Positions 24,050 through 39,369 are shown, counted from the stretch's first letter. The stretch: 64,000 nucleotides of DNA from the human T2T-CHM13v2.0 reference genome, Homo sapiens (GCF_009914755.1 NC_060947.1), one strand, 5' to 3'. A program made the numbers and translations. The notes: generated by a model from the sequence alone, not told the origin.

Positions 24050-24845
24050 TCCTTGGTACTTGGCTTCTCAGTGTTTATTTTTCCTCCTGAAGGGCTTTAA
24101 TCTACATACTAATGACTCCCAAACCTGAACCTCCAGCCCAGATTTCTCTTCTGATTGTGCCAGATCCTTATAGTCAATGACGTATAAGAGATCTATTCAA
24201 ATAAATATTCCAACTCAAACCCAACATGCCCCAAACTGAACCACATTGGCTTCTCCTCAACCCCATTCTCCAAACCAGCTCCCTTTTTCTGAGTTAACTC
24301 AGTAAATGGCACCATTCATAAAGTTGATGAAGCCAGAAACTCAGGGGTCCTCCATGACCCTTCCATTCCCTCATCTCCCACATCCGATCCATTAGCAAGG
24401 ACTGTGAATTCTACCTCCAAAATCTAACTGAAACCTGTTCATTGATCTCTAGCCCCATGGTCTTAGTTCAAGTCTTTCTCATCTCTCGCCTGGAGTGTTG
24501 CCACAGTCTGCCAAATGGTCTGTGACCTCCAATCTTGCGTTACTCTCTCCTAACCTCCTACTCCAGGGCCTTTTTATGTGCTTTTGTATATGGCTCTGCT
24601 CTCCTGGCTACCACTTCTGTATCTTTTGGGCTCTAACCAAGATATCAGCTTCTCCAGGGAGCTTTCTATGATTACCCCCACCCAATGTGTGGGCTAGGTT
24701 GCCTGTTTATGTGTCTATACCTCCCAACAGACTGAACTCCTTGAGGACAGGGCTTATGTCTTACTCTTTACTGAATCACCTGTGCTCAGCACTATGCCTG
24801 GTACACAGTGGGCATCAGTAAATGTTTGCTGAGTGGAGAAATGAT
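24050..24845 (+). mobile_element. L2 LINE fragments including the 3' end
   Basis: taatgactcccaaacctgaacctccagcccaga; ...ctccttgaggacaggg...gcctggtacacagtgggcatcagtaaatgtttgctga. Confidence 0.75.
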
Positions 24846-24908
24846 TGAGAAATGACTGAGAAGCCAGTGGCCCAGGTACAGCAGTATCTTGTTTGGAAGT
24901 CTAAATAG

Positions 24909-25518
24909 TGTTGAGGAAAAAGTCAAACTCTGTAAAATATTTGAAGAGATTTATTCTGAGCCAAATATGAGTGACTAATGGCCCATGAAACAGCCCTTGG
25001 GAGATCCTGAGAACATGTGGCCAAGGTGGTCAGGCCACAACTTGGTTTTGTACATTTTAGGGAGACATGAGATATCAATCAACACATGTAAGATGTACAT
25101 TGGTTCAGTCTGGAAAGCTGGGACAACTGGAAGCCTGGGGCAGGGTGGGGGGGCTTTCAAGTCATAGGTGGAATCAAAGATTTTCTGATTACCAATTTGT
25201 CGAAAGAGTTATTATCAATAGAAGAGAATGTCTGGGTTATAATAAGGGGTTGTGGAAACCAAGGATATATCATAATAGATGAAGCCACCAGGTAGCAGGC
25301 TTCGGAGAGAATAGATGGTAAATGTTTCTTCTCAGACGTAAAGAGTCTGTTCTATCAGTAACTCCAAAAGGGAGGAGAGTATAATGAGGCATGTCTGGTT
25401 CCTTGTTCCTAACATGGACTGAACTAGTTTTCCAGGTTAGCTTTGGAAAGCCCCTAGCCAAGAGGACGGATCCATTCAGATGGTTGGGGGGACCTTAGAA
25501 TTTTAACTTTAATTTATG
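24909..25518 (-). mobile_element. MER4A-family ERV1 solo LTR with 4-bp TSD
   Basis: tgttgaggaaaaagtcaaactctgtaaaatatttgaagagatttattctgagcc...ccattcagatggttgggggg..cttagaatttta; ATAG on both sides. Confidence 0.88.
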
Positions 25519-26126
25519 ATAGTTGCAATAGAGTGCAATCAGGAAACATCTGATCACAGAATCACTGAAAAGAAAGCTGCATAAGACTCAGGAATTGATC
25601 CAGTTCAGGATGGAGAAGTTGAAGGGCAGAAAGAGAATGGGACTTACCCAAGTTCATACAACATCCACTGTAGACTTTTAAAACAATACCTTTTAGAGCC
25701 TTTGAAAACAGAAATGGTCTACATCTAATGTAGTTTCTGGGCATTCTTTGTTCTCTGAGATCTCTGAGTGAAATGGCTTTGATTCTCATCCTGAATGGAA
25801 TTCATCCATTCAACAATGATTTATTCAGCACTTACTCTGTGCCAGGCACAGAGGTTAAGATGGCAGGTAAAACATAGTTTCTGCATTCATGAAACTTATA
25901 GTTATGTTATCCCTTGAAAACAGATGATGCATGGCCCATCACCAACCTAATTAAACACTTTTCATCTCATGCTGAGTTTTGTGCTTGGCAAGTATGAATA
26001 TACATGTAGGGGCTGAGAAGGCAATACACAAAAGAAACACACTGCATGGCCCATGCCCTCAAGGAACATTTAAGCTTGTTGGGGGAGATAAGGCCATATC
26101 ACAAAAAGTATTGGAGATAAGGTCAT

Positions 26127-26449
26127 TGCATTAAAGGAAAGAGATTTAATTGACTCACAGTTCAGCATGGCTGGAGAGGCCTCAGGAAACTTATAATCAT
26201 GGCAGAAGGGGAAGCAAACATGTCCTTCACATGGTGGCAGCAAAGAGAGGTACAGAGTGAAGGGTGGGGGAAGCCCCTTATAAAACCATCATATCTCATG
26301 AGAACTCACTCACTATCAAGAAAACAGCATGGAGGTAACCAGCCCCGTGATTCAATTACCTCCCATTGGGTCCCTCCCACGACATGTGGGGATTACGGGA
26401 ACTACAGTTCAAGATGAGATTTGGGTGGGAATATAGCCAAACCATACCA
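26127..26449 (-). mobile_element. THE1C/D-like MaLR solo LTR with internal deletion and 5-bp TSD
   Basis: gatttaattgactcacagttcagcatggctgg...gagatttgggtgggaatatagccaaaccatacca; GTCAT at 26122-26126 and 26450-26454. Confidence 0.92.
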
Positions 26450-26998
26450 GTCATATGCAATGCATTTTTAAAATTATACTGTATATACCACAAGTCCAAG
26501 AGGAATTCAGAGACGTGTGAATTGACAAGGGAGCAGAGGGGCAAAGAAAGACCCAACAAACTGTTAGTGAATGCATTCTAAACATGAAGAACAACATGTT
26601 GATGGGAATCAGCGAATTCTGTAAGCGAGGGCCAGTCAGAAGCCTGGGTCTGGCTGGAGCAGAGGTGAGATCACAGAGAATCAGTAAGAAAGGGCAATAG
26701 AGAATAACCTACAAAAATTTACAGATGCTGAGGTGTTTAATCTGGTACATTAGCATGTTTTGTTTTAAACTTTAGTTTGGCTTCCAGTTTGGTTCAGAAT
26801 TTAGTGAAGTGAGATGATATGCTAGCTAAGTGTACAGGGTTCAGAGTTCAAAAGTCTAGGATTCAAATTCCCTCTTCACCACCGTAGGACTTTGGGACAA
26901 ATGGCATCTTCAAATTTCTTCAGCTGTCAAGTGAGGATAATATCAGTGTCTACTTCATAGGGTAATTATGAAGACTAAGTAAGAAAATTCGAGTAGAT

Positions 26999-27182
26999 CA
27001 TTATTTTCGCTCCTTAGCATGCATCAGACTTACGCAGAGGTGATTAAAACACAGATTGCTGGGCTTCAGCTCCGGAGTTTCAGATTCAGTAGTGCCGGCT
27101 GGGTCTAAAAATTTGCATTTCTAACAAGTTCTCAGGTGGTACTGACTCTACAGGATCAAAGACCACACTTGGAGAATCCCTG
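26999..27182. mobile_element. MER5A inserted into a MIR
   Basis: aaaacacagattgctggg...gattcagtag...tttgcatttctaacaagttctcaggtg...accacacttggagaatccctg; MIR halves at about 26830-26995 and 27185-27240. Confidence 0.8.
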
Positions 27183-27379
27183 TTGTAAATCATTTAGCAT
27201 TGCACCTTGCATATATTAAATGTGCAATAAAAGTTATTTGTTGTTATTGATGTATTATTATTCAGCAAATGATTATGGCTTGTGCAGGTTTGGAGTTCAC
27301 AATCTCTGAAAGGCCCTCAGCATTCCTTTATCACTATGACTTAGGGCACCTCTCCTTCTTCCTCATTATGACACACCAC

Positions 27380-27745
27380 AAGAGGAAAGGAGTGGATGGA
27401 GTAGCAAGACTGGAGACAGGGAACCCCATGAGGGGTCTATGACCTCCTGAAGAGAAATAATGGTGACATGGACTAGGTTCATGGCAGTGGAGACAGGGAA
27501 AAGACATAGTTGAGAGATATTTCAGAGGCTAAAAACTATAAGGATTTAGTGCCATATTGGAACTGATGAGCAAAACAGAGGAAAGTGCAAATGATGACTC
27601 CAATGTTTCTTGATTGGGCAACCGAGTGGATCTCTTTGATGACATGAGAGAACTTAGAGGAAGAAGAGTCTTGGGTGGAAGATGAGGAATTCACCTTTGG
27701 ACAGGTGGAATTTAAGATGCCTGGGCAAACATCTAGGGAGATGTT
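27380..27745 (-). mobile_element. L2 LINE fragment
   Basis: gatgactccaatgtttct...ttggacaggtggaatttaagatgcctg..acatcta. Confidence 0.7.
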
Positions 27746-28667
27746 TAGCACATTTTTCCCACAAAACAGGAAGATTTGAGGAAACAGAGTGAGGTTTGTT
27801 CACCACTATATCCCCGGAGATGCAGTATTTGGTGTGCAGTAGACACACAAAACATAATTGTGGGGAAAATGCATAATTATGAAATGAATGAAAATAGAGA
27901 ATTAAATATGCACTGGGGAATCTTTGAGAAGGCCACTTCCAAGTCTCATTTGCTAGGAGCAAAATGGAATTAAAAGAATGTCACTATCCTAAAAAACTCC
28001 TTGTGGCCTTTTGAGAAGGGGGAGCAGAGATCCTTGACCTCCAGCCTAGAAACAAGGTGGCTTGATTTTTACAATTTGTCTTTGCTTTACAACTGAAATT
28101 CTCATTTCAGCTGATGGTTGGGGGGAAATGCAAGAACTTAACAAACTTTACCTCAGTAGCCAGGGATCTTTCTCCTAGCAATGAAATGTGGTAAGAAAGA
28201 TACTAATAATAACACCCCCATGAGTAGAATACTTAAACTTCACAGCAGTTTTCTTTTCACCATTCCTTTGGATCATCACAATACATCTGCAAGGCAGGCG
28301 AAGGGCACCAAGCTGCAAAGCAGTTAGCCAATAGGCTGGCTAATGTCACACAGCTGCACAGTGGAAGAGTTACATCAGAGCCTCCCAGTCAACTCTGTGC
28401 TCTCTCTGTTGAAACAAATGGAGATGAGTATCCATAGAGCCATACACTTCACTCTCCTAGTAACAGCACTAATGAACTAGCATTGCCTGCAGAAGTAAAT
28501 AAAAAAGAAAGAATGCTGGTGGTGAAGAATGTGTCTAGCATATGGCAGGTAAAGACTCATATCATGCAGATATAGAGACCTATTTTGTGGCCCAAGAAGT
28601 TTTGGATCAGCTTGATAATGTTAACATCACCTACAATTTACCAACAAGAGCAGTGACCCTTTCCATC

Positions 28668-28709
28668 TACATACATACATACATACATACATACATACAT
28701 ACATACATA
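28668..28709. repeat. (TACA)10 microsatellite
   Basis: Direct count. Confidence 0.95.
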
Positions 28710-29049
28710 GTGACTGATGTCTTGCAAAGGCAATTTTCAGGTCTGCCACAGCTAATAAATAGTATCAGAGTCTCCCCCTCAACACTCAAATGGAATCACA
28801 TTTCTTTTCTAGTTCTTCATCTATAATCAGCGTTTGAAGCAGCCAGCCCAGGCATGAAGACATGCATCTACACGTTTTGTTTTCAAAGATACATACACCC
28901 ATTCCACTGGTTATTGTCAGCATGTTGAAATTTTTTGGAAGACATATCCCGACTGATAAAGTTAACTCTTGCTAGGCAAGACTTTGCATCCATTTCTTCT
29001 ACCTGTTTACTGATATTTCTCTTCTAAAACATAATAATAACTTTCTTTT

Positions 29050-29250
29050 ACCAAGAGTTTATAAAGTGCTATTCCTTAAATTCACCTCCTCTATTCTTTT
29101 AACAGCCCCAACAGGTGGGTATTAATCTCATTTTACAGATGAGGAAACTCAAATACAGAGAGATTAAGGAACTTGCCTGAGATCACACAGCAAGCAACTG
29201 GTGAAGCCAATTTGCTGATATCAAAGCCTCTGTTTCTTCCACCAAGCTAC
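29050..29250 (-). mobile_element. MIR SINE
   Basis: cattttacagatgaggaaactc...agagagattaaggaacttgcctgagatcacacagc. Confidence 0.8.
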
Positions 29251-30476
29251 ACTGTCTCTGCATTGAATGATGCTCTGAACGCAGAGACACAAACCCATGA
29301 ACAGGAGCAGTAAGAGCTACACTGCGGAGAAAATATTGTTATTTTCATTGATACCAAAGCAATTTATCTCAATTTACCCACACTTTTCATTGGAATAGGT
29401 ACTCTTTAATAGAAATGTACTAATATAATTAATAAATTAAGAAATAAGATGCACTTCAAGGAATGGCACTCCCTAGAACTTAAAAGATGGGGGATTTCTT
29501 CTGGTTCCACAATTAAAGTGGTCTTCTTACCTGGTCAGTGGGTAATGGTTAGTTTATCTAGGCTCTGGTAGACAAATTCTGATGTGCTATGAGTCTCCAA
29601 TGCTAGCATATTAGTTTAGTGGCAGAAGGAATATAGGCACAGTATGCTAACTTGATGGTCATTAGGTTGAGCAGAAATTGGAGAACTAGTCTTTAGACAT
29701 GTCATATTTTCCCTTACCCCTGGGAAATGTCAATAATTGTTAAAATAGGATGAAGTGGAGATGCCTAGATAGAGGCAAATAAATTCATGGAAGAATCTTC
29801 AGGTCTCCTTTTCCTCCATAACACATTCATAAAACTATTATCAGGAACCATATCAAACTTCCCTTTTGTGATATTTAATGGGAATTGCAAGAATAAAAAA
29901 ATCACATAAAACTGTAAATATGATCAATAGTTGGACATAAAAATAAAAACAGAACAACTAAACACCTTTGTAACTATTATAAATGGTTGAATGAGCCCCC
30001 ATATCACTTGGAATGGGCATTCAGTCTATACAAAGATCCCCAGTGTGTACCGAGTTTCCAGACTGCATGAGAAAATAAATACAAGTTTACTTGGGATGAA
30101 TTTAACCTAAAACTAATATACCTGTTGGAAAAACATTAAATACTTAATTTGAGAATGATTTTGATTTGAAAATTTTCTAGCAAACTTGAATTGATGTCAC
30201 CTTTGCCTCTTAAAAAAGTCTCCTGTTTGAAGCAGAAGAGTTAGATTCAATTCCCTGCTCCAACCTTCTAGCTGTATGATATTGAAAAAGTTAATTAATC
30301 TCTAGGCCTTTGTTTTCTCATCAGCAAAATGGGGATATTACTTGCTCTACCCATTTCCTAGGTTGCTTTGAGCATCAGTTGAGACAATGCCTGTGAAAAG
30401 GAGCTATAGTTTCATTCCACTGACAAAACTTTGCTTTTGGAGAAAAAACTCGAATAACCAAACTCCAATTGTCCAC

Positions 30477-30501
30477 CAAACAAACAAACAAACAAACAAA
30501 C
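30477..30501. repeat. (CAAA)6 microsatellite
   Basis: Direct reading. Confidence 0.85.
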
Positions 30502-33500
30502 CTCATTTGCTAGACTCATGAGGCCGTAAACCCTCAAGGAAGAGCTTTCAGTAGAAAAAAGATTGAATAAAAAAAGGAGCAGAATTTAAAGCTGTGAAAG
30601 TTGGGAGCAAATTGACTGTCTTTCACAGGAGTCTCATTTCAGTTTTAAAATGATTAGATCTACATTATTACAAATGTACGGTTTATTTAAAAATACATGG
30701 TTTAATTACAATCTGGAGCCAATCTTTTTCTTTTAGTTTTTCTAGCAAAACACAGCTATGGTTTTATAATAAAAATCAAAGTGAAACAGGACTTGCCAGA
30801 AATTCACTTCAGAGCGATTTTTGCTGTAGTGTATCTATTCCATTAGACAAGGGATACTTTTGGCATTATTCTCTGACATAATATATTGCCCATCATTGAT
30901 ATGCTATACAACCTTTGGTCCAATACTGAGCTGGTGGGAGCTGATTGCTTCTGGATCAATGCTGACTTCCCTGATTCTCTGGTGAAAAGCCACCAAGTTT
31001 TGGGAGTGAGAGGTAACTGGGAGCAACCAACTACTATTCCCTAAATAGAAGGAGTAAAAAAAGGGTAGGATCAAAGAAATTATGTCAGGACCTCCTTGTC
31101 AGAGAACTCAGGGAGCTCTGAGATGGAAGGGCAAGGAAGAGAGGGAAGCAATTTACTTACATAGTTTCAGTGTTGTTCCCATGCAAACTCACATCCCTGT
31201 ATTCATTTAGAACCAGAGGAGCATTAATATGCACACCTATGCTGATAAAGGGATACACATTCCAATCCAAACACACATGCCCACAGGCACAAGAGCCTGC
31301 TAAAATGGTAGGGCCTGCTGGTACTCTGGCATAGCCTGCCATATAATCATGGATTATCATAGACAATCATGGATTTGAACTCAAGAAGATGAGATGACAC
31401 AGCTCCCTTCCCTTGACCCTCACATCAATATATAGTAGTCCCTATGGACTAGTAAAGCCCTCTGCACAGACACACGCAGGCAAAAAGATGGGAAGGGAAT
31501 GAGATCTCCACATTTGTGATATATTTTCCCTTTCCATCATGGACAGTTGGAAGCTGAGATGAGATCAAGTTCTGTGTGCAACAGGAAAGATGGGCAGTGG
31601 AGGTGGTGGCAGCTGTGGTATCGTTAGAGTAGAAGCTCTAGAGCTGTTGGTGGCATCAGGTCTAAGAGTTACAAGTTTACGTTGGTGAAGTGCTTCAGAT
31701 TTCAAAGTGTTTTCACATGTATGACTCCATCTAATGCTCATAACAACACTGTCCTCAATGTACTAGAGAAAGTAATTGAGACCCAGGGGTTAACTTGTCC
31801 ATGGCCATGCAGTTTATGGGCAGCAGAGCAAGATCTTTAGTCTGAGTCTAGCAGCTTTTCCAACTATTCCCTTAATAAAGTGATAGGTCAATTCTTGGTC
31901 AAAAATTCCAGATAAAATGTCATGTAACTCCACCAAAAACCCTGGGTCTGGAGTGTATTGAATCCTCTTGACTCTTCCCTGAATTCTTCTTGCTGCCCAG
32001 TGGCACCCTTAGCAATCAATTACGTAGATGCACAAAGGACAAAGAACTCAAATCAGTCTACTTGTTCCACTGACAACTCATCGGTTCAGTAAATCGATGA
32101 GGCAATTTTTTAGAGATAAATCAGGCAATTTGTTGATTGCTGACTATGCCATGGTGCAACATGCTGGAAACACAGAAATGAATGCAACATGGGCCTTGTC
32201 CTTGAGGAACTCTCAATCCAAGTTAGAAAAGAGAAGTTATGCATGCACATGAGTATATACCATAAGGCATAGAAAGGCAGGAGGGATATGATTCTCAACC
32301 CAAGGACTGTTGATGGGTTTATCTTGGAGATAGAGGAGGGCTTTTTATTCTTCCAAACTAGAGAGTAGAAGATGTATAAAGAAAAAGACCCAGGACACAT
32401 TTTGGTAAGTAAGAGGGAAGTGGAGAATGTCTATTTCAAATTGATCTCAATTTTCTCAACAAATGTAGGAAGTGAGGTCATGAGTAGAGAGGGGAGGTAT
32501 TTGAGGTCGAGGATGACTGGGGAGGGCCAGAAGGAGATGCTATGGAGGATGTGGCAGGATGTCAATTGTTAGAAAAGTGTGAAGGCCTACCAATCAGCAC
32601 TGAGAGCTCCCCCGACACTAGAGAACATGTTTTTATGTGTGGAGGAAACTTCCTCAAACAATAGTTGGCAGCTTAGGAGCAGGAGGAAGCAAAGCAGGTG
32701 GTGGGGTTTTCCAGGTCTGGGCACTGGCAAATATATCAGAAGTACTGGGGCTGAGGATGCAGGTGAGGGAGAGGGATAAGTCCAATAGGAGGAAGGTAAG
32801 AACAATGTGGAAATAGCTGATCTTGGGCTCCAGACTGGAGAGAGAGCCAGAGGGGAGCCAGCAATTCCTGGTAAACAATGATTTATAAGAAAATTTGCCC
32901 TTGCTCAAAGTGAGATGCTTGAACCACCTAGAGGTATAAATTATGTACAACATTTAGTACTTGAGCCTGTTCTGTCAAGACAAATCTGGAGTCAGAGAGA
33001 GCAACCTGAGGATTCACATGTGGGAAAAATCCACTAGACTGTTAGCAACCTCACCCCACATCTACCTCAGGCTGAAGACCTTGTCTAGCATTTAACTCAA
33101 AGAGAGATGGTTTCAGCTGCTGGGGAGATAATGGTGCTAACTCCCAGGCCAGAGTCTATGGCCTGTATAGGGAGGAGAGTAGGCAGCTCATGTGTTCACA
33201 GCTCACTAAAGACTCATGTTTTGTCAGGGTTCTTCATCCTCTGTACCTTCCCAACTTTCACACCGTCATCTACTTTTGGTTATATCTCACTCTGCCCAAC
33301 TGTTTCCTTAGAGTTTGTAGCAATGAAAACACTTTAAACAAATTAACAGTCCATTATCTGGTTCTTAGAGAAAGCAGAGCTAGGGATAAATCAGGAAACC
33401 ATCCCTAAAGGTATCTAGATGGGAAATCGAGGAGGGGGGAAGTGGCAGTCAGAAAAGCAAGCAAAACAGGCTAAATCCTACGATCTGGGGGAGAAAAAGA

Positions 33501-34239
33501 GGTGAAAAGGAGTTGGCCAGACCAGGGGCCTGGCCGGATGGTGAACTGGGCAGGAAGTCCCATGTTCTGCTTACCTTCCACCTCCATTATTGCTTTTTTT
33601 CATTCTCTAGTTTTATGAGGATTTTAAAAGCTTTTGAATCGGGTGCTGGCAATCTTTCAGAAAAAGTTAATACAGAATTCTGTAGAGATAAAGTCCCCTA
33701 TGAAGCCTGCCACGGCCAACAGTAGCAACACTTGTCCCTTAAAGCTGAGTGGAAAACAAATCTTCAAGTACTTTCCCCTTCAGGGCTTTGAGTGCTTCAG
33801 GTCCTTTGGCCTGAGAACCAAGCAGCTAATCACATCCCTTGACTTGCAGACTTGACAAAGGCAGGTATCTTTGTTAGTCCAGTTTCAACCAGTCTCCGGA
33901 ACCCAAGAGAAGAAAAAGTGAGGGGTTGTTACGGGGGTGGGAGAAGCTCTAGTAAGTGTATCTGCAAGAGGAAAGATCTCCCAAAGGCAAAGCTAAAGAG
34001 CACAATTAGGGGGAAGGTGCACACCAAGATACAGCAAGGCTAGCTTGCAGTGAGCACTGCCAGGTAGCTGCTCCAGGGATCCTAGCCCTTGGGACCCTAC
34101 TCCAGTAACTATTCTGGACTGGTTGCTTTCCTTTCATCTTCGAAACATGCTCTGGAGTGCCTGATACTAACCAATAAAACAAACAAAAATGCTTCCTCTG
34201 ACTCCCTTACTCCCGTTCCCTGTAAGCTACGATCCCATC

Positions 34240-35190
34240 TCTCCATTGCCTTTCCAGAACAAACTTCATGGTAAACCAGCCAACACTCACTGCATCCATT
34301 TCCTCTCCTTTCACTCTCTCCAATCCCTGGCAATCTGGGCCTACCAACTCCTCTCTCTTGAGAGTACTCTCTGGAAAGTAACCAGTGACCTCTGTTAAAT
34401 TCTAATCCCATAGACCTCTGCAGCATTTGTCATCACCGAACACTCTTTTCCCTTCTGAAACCCCCTCCTTGGCTTTCACTGCACTATACTATGGGCTCTT
34501 CAGTCCTTTGTCCCTTCATCATCGTCTTCACTGGCCCCTTCCATTTTGCCCAAAGGCTCTTGTCTCTCTCATGGTGACTTCATCCATCTCCTACAATTTC
34601 CACCACCTTTGCTATAAAGATGAGACAGCATTCTAATTTATTTCTCAGGTCCTGCCATGCCACTCTTATTAGACCCTTTAGGAACCAATAACCAAAACCT
34701 AGCTCAGTCCCTCATTAGCTCTCACCTGGATAATGACAACAGCCTCTGGAGTTATCTCTGTGTCCAGTCAAACATTGCAGCAATCTATCTAACACTCTGT
34801 GACAGTAATTGTCCTAGGTCTGGTCCTATTGCTCTCCTGCTCAAAAATTGTAAACCACTCCATATTACTTTCAAAATAAAATCCACACTCCTTAATCACA
34901 CATTGAAAGCCCTTCACCGTTCAACTCCCACCTGTCTTTGCAGGCTTATTTTCCGCAAAACACCCCTACCTGCCCTAGACTTCAAAAATTACAATCTCCT
35001 TGCTGATACTTAAACCCATCTTGTACTCTCTCACCACGTGGCTTCCAACCAAGTTGCTTCCTCACCAAAAATACCCTTCTCTTCCAGAACTTTCTACCAA
35101 GGCTCTATCCATCTTTCAAAGCTCAGCTCAAATCTGCCCTCTTCCAAACAGACTTCTCAGATTTCCCTGGTTGGAGTTGATGTCTCCCTT
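34240..35190 (+). mobile_element. L2 LINE fragments (degenerate)
   Basis: Pyrimidine-rich L2-like blocks: ctctcacctggataatgacaacagcctct; ctcctgctcaaaaa; tcaaagctcagctcaaat. Confidence 0.6.
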
Positions 35191-35445
35191 CCAAAATCAC
35201 TTAAAAATTTTGGGGGAATGACTCAGCTATAAAGAGCCAAGTTAATTACATCTATTAGTTTATAATAAAATGTCATCATTAGTCCATGTCCAGCTCCTCA
35301 TTTTGAAAAGATCTTTTCCTTCATCCACATCCCCATTCTCATTTCTATCCCTCTCAGGTATCTTCTTTAATATATTTGATATGAGTCCAGGATATCTAAC
35401 AACTATCTCTCCCTTTCTCTTTCCCTCTCTCCCTCTGTCTCTATC

Positions 35446-35491
<46 letters not shown>

Positions 35492-35616
35492 GTATCATTT
35501 ATCTATCTAAAATCTATCTCTATCATCAATCTCGATGTGTCTCTGTTATCTATCATCTGTCTATCTTCTATCTCTATGTGTCTCTATCTATCTGTCATCT
35601 ACCTATCACCTCTCTA

Positions 35617-35661
<45 letters not shown>

Positions 35662-35686
35662 GGTTTTGGGTGTGTGTGTGTGTGTG
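35446..35686. repeat. Compound STR: (ATCT)11, degenerate spacer, (TATC)11, then (TG)n; probably DXS6797
   Basis: Pure arrays at 35446-35489 and 35617-35660; the marker name is recalled, not looked up. Confidence 0.9.
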
Positions 35687-35980
35687 TTTTTTTTTTTTGA
35701 GATGGAGTCTTGCTCTGTCACCCAGGCTGGAGTGCAGTGGCATGATCTCGGCTCACTGCAACCTCCAGCTCCCAGGTTCAATCAATTCTCTGCCTCAGCC
35801 TCCAGAGTAGCTGGGATTATAGGCGCCTACCACCATACCCAGCTAATTTTTGTATTTTTAGTAGAGATGGGGGGGTTTCACCATCTTCGCCAGGTTGGTC
35901 TTGAACTCCTGACCTCGTGATCCACCCACCTTGGCCTCCCAAAGTGCTGGGATTACAGGCGTGAGTCACCACACCCGGGC
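35687..35980 (-). mobile_element. AluS element (AluSg7-like diagnostics)
   Basis: Poly-T, gagatggagtcttgctctgtc...; caattctctgcctcagcc and tgacctcgtgatcc; (GT)n on both flanks as TSD. Confidence 0.95.
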
Positions 35981-35999
35981 GTGTGTGTGTATTTTAAAT

Positions 36000-38080
<2,081 letters not shown>

Positions 38081-38789
38081 ACATGTAGAACTTCGCATTT
38101 CTATTATCATATTCAGAGTGTGCTTTGGACTAGAATTCTATGTCTAAGGGCCTTTTTCCCAAATTGGGCTTGGAGCATCTAAAGACAAGCCTTTGTTTGG
38201 TTCACCTTTCTTTCCACTACTGTGCTTTGCCAAATTAAGTGCTCACTCAATATTGGTTGAACTGAATGAAGGGGGCTGTGAAGCACTTCAGAATGCTTTG
38301 AAAATTACTGTTCATGCAATTTTCTGACAAAAATGTCACATGACTCTCATTTAAAAATAAATTAGCCATAGTGCTTCAAATTAAATATTGGAGGAAACAG
38401 AGGGGAGAGGAAAAACATTACTAACTATGGTTTTGCATTTTGAATCATGCTAATGTTTTCTACAATCCCCAAATTAACTTATGAAAAATGGAGGGGGAAG
38501 TATCTCTGAAACTGAATAGAAACAGAAACAAATGGAGTTAATTTTGGTGGGTAATAACTGGGTGGGGGCATATAGGAAATTTTGGGGTGATGATAATGTT
38601 CTGTATCTTGGATCTGGATGGTGGGTACTTGGGTATGTTAACTTTACGCTTATGATTTGGGCCCCTATAAATATCATATAATTTAGAAGTTATAAAAAAT
38701 GTAAAATGAGACATTATAGCAGTTCACAAGTAATATAAATGTATATAAAACACTTAATATAATGCCTGACACATAATAATAATACCTAC

Positions 38790-39025
38790 ACTTACTCTAA
38801 CTCAGGCCTGTGCTAAGCATCTCATAAAGATGGTACCATAGAATGCTCAGAAAAGCTTATGAAGTAGGTACTATTATCATTGCCATTTTATGTATGAGGG
38901 AAATGAAGCAAAGAGAAGTTAAATAACTATTCACAATCATACAGTTGGAAAGTGGTAGAAATACCATTTAAACCCAGGCAGTCTGATTGCAGATTGTGTA
39001 CTTTTAATCACTATGCTGAACTGCC
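38790..39025 (-). mobile_element. MIR SINE
   Basis: tatgaagtaggtactattatcattgccattttatgtatgaggg...ttaaacccaggcagtctga. Confidence 0.75.
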
Positions 39026-39049
39026 ATCCAGGAAATAGTGCTATTATGA

Positions 39050-39146
39050 TTCATATATTATATATAATCTTATATATTATTCATATATAATAAATATACA
39101 TAATAATATAATATATAATAGTAAATATATATATATATATATATAT
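39050..39146. repeat. AT-rich tract ending in (TA)n
   Basis: Direct reading. Confidence 0.85.
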
Positions 39147-39369
39147 AGCCCTGAACAAAAAGTGTTCTGACTGAGCTGTTTTCAGAGTAGCATAGCTTGG
39201 TGAGGGGTGCTCTACTGCACCTTAGCTACCATCATTTCTAAGGAGCTGAACCTGGAAGCTCTGGAGAAGAAAAGGGTTCTACCTCTTGGTCTTCTGCCAG
39301 ATTATTCTAATGGTCCTTTCTACCTCCTTTCCAAAATGATGGGTCAAAATAGAATCCATTTTCTTAAAA

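Noticed and set aside
35270-35920. 216-aa ORF (longest in the track)
   Set aside because: It is read-through of the (ATCT)n STR (IYLS repeats) and an antisense Alu, not a gene.
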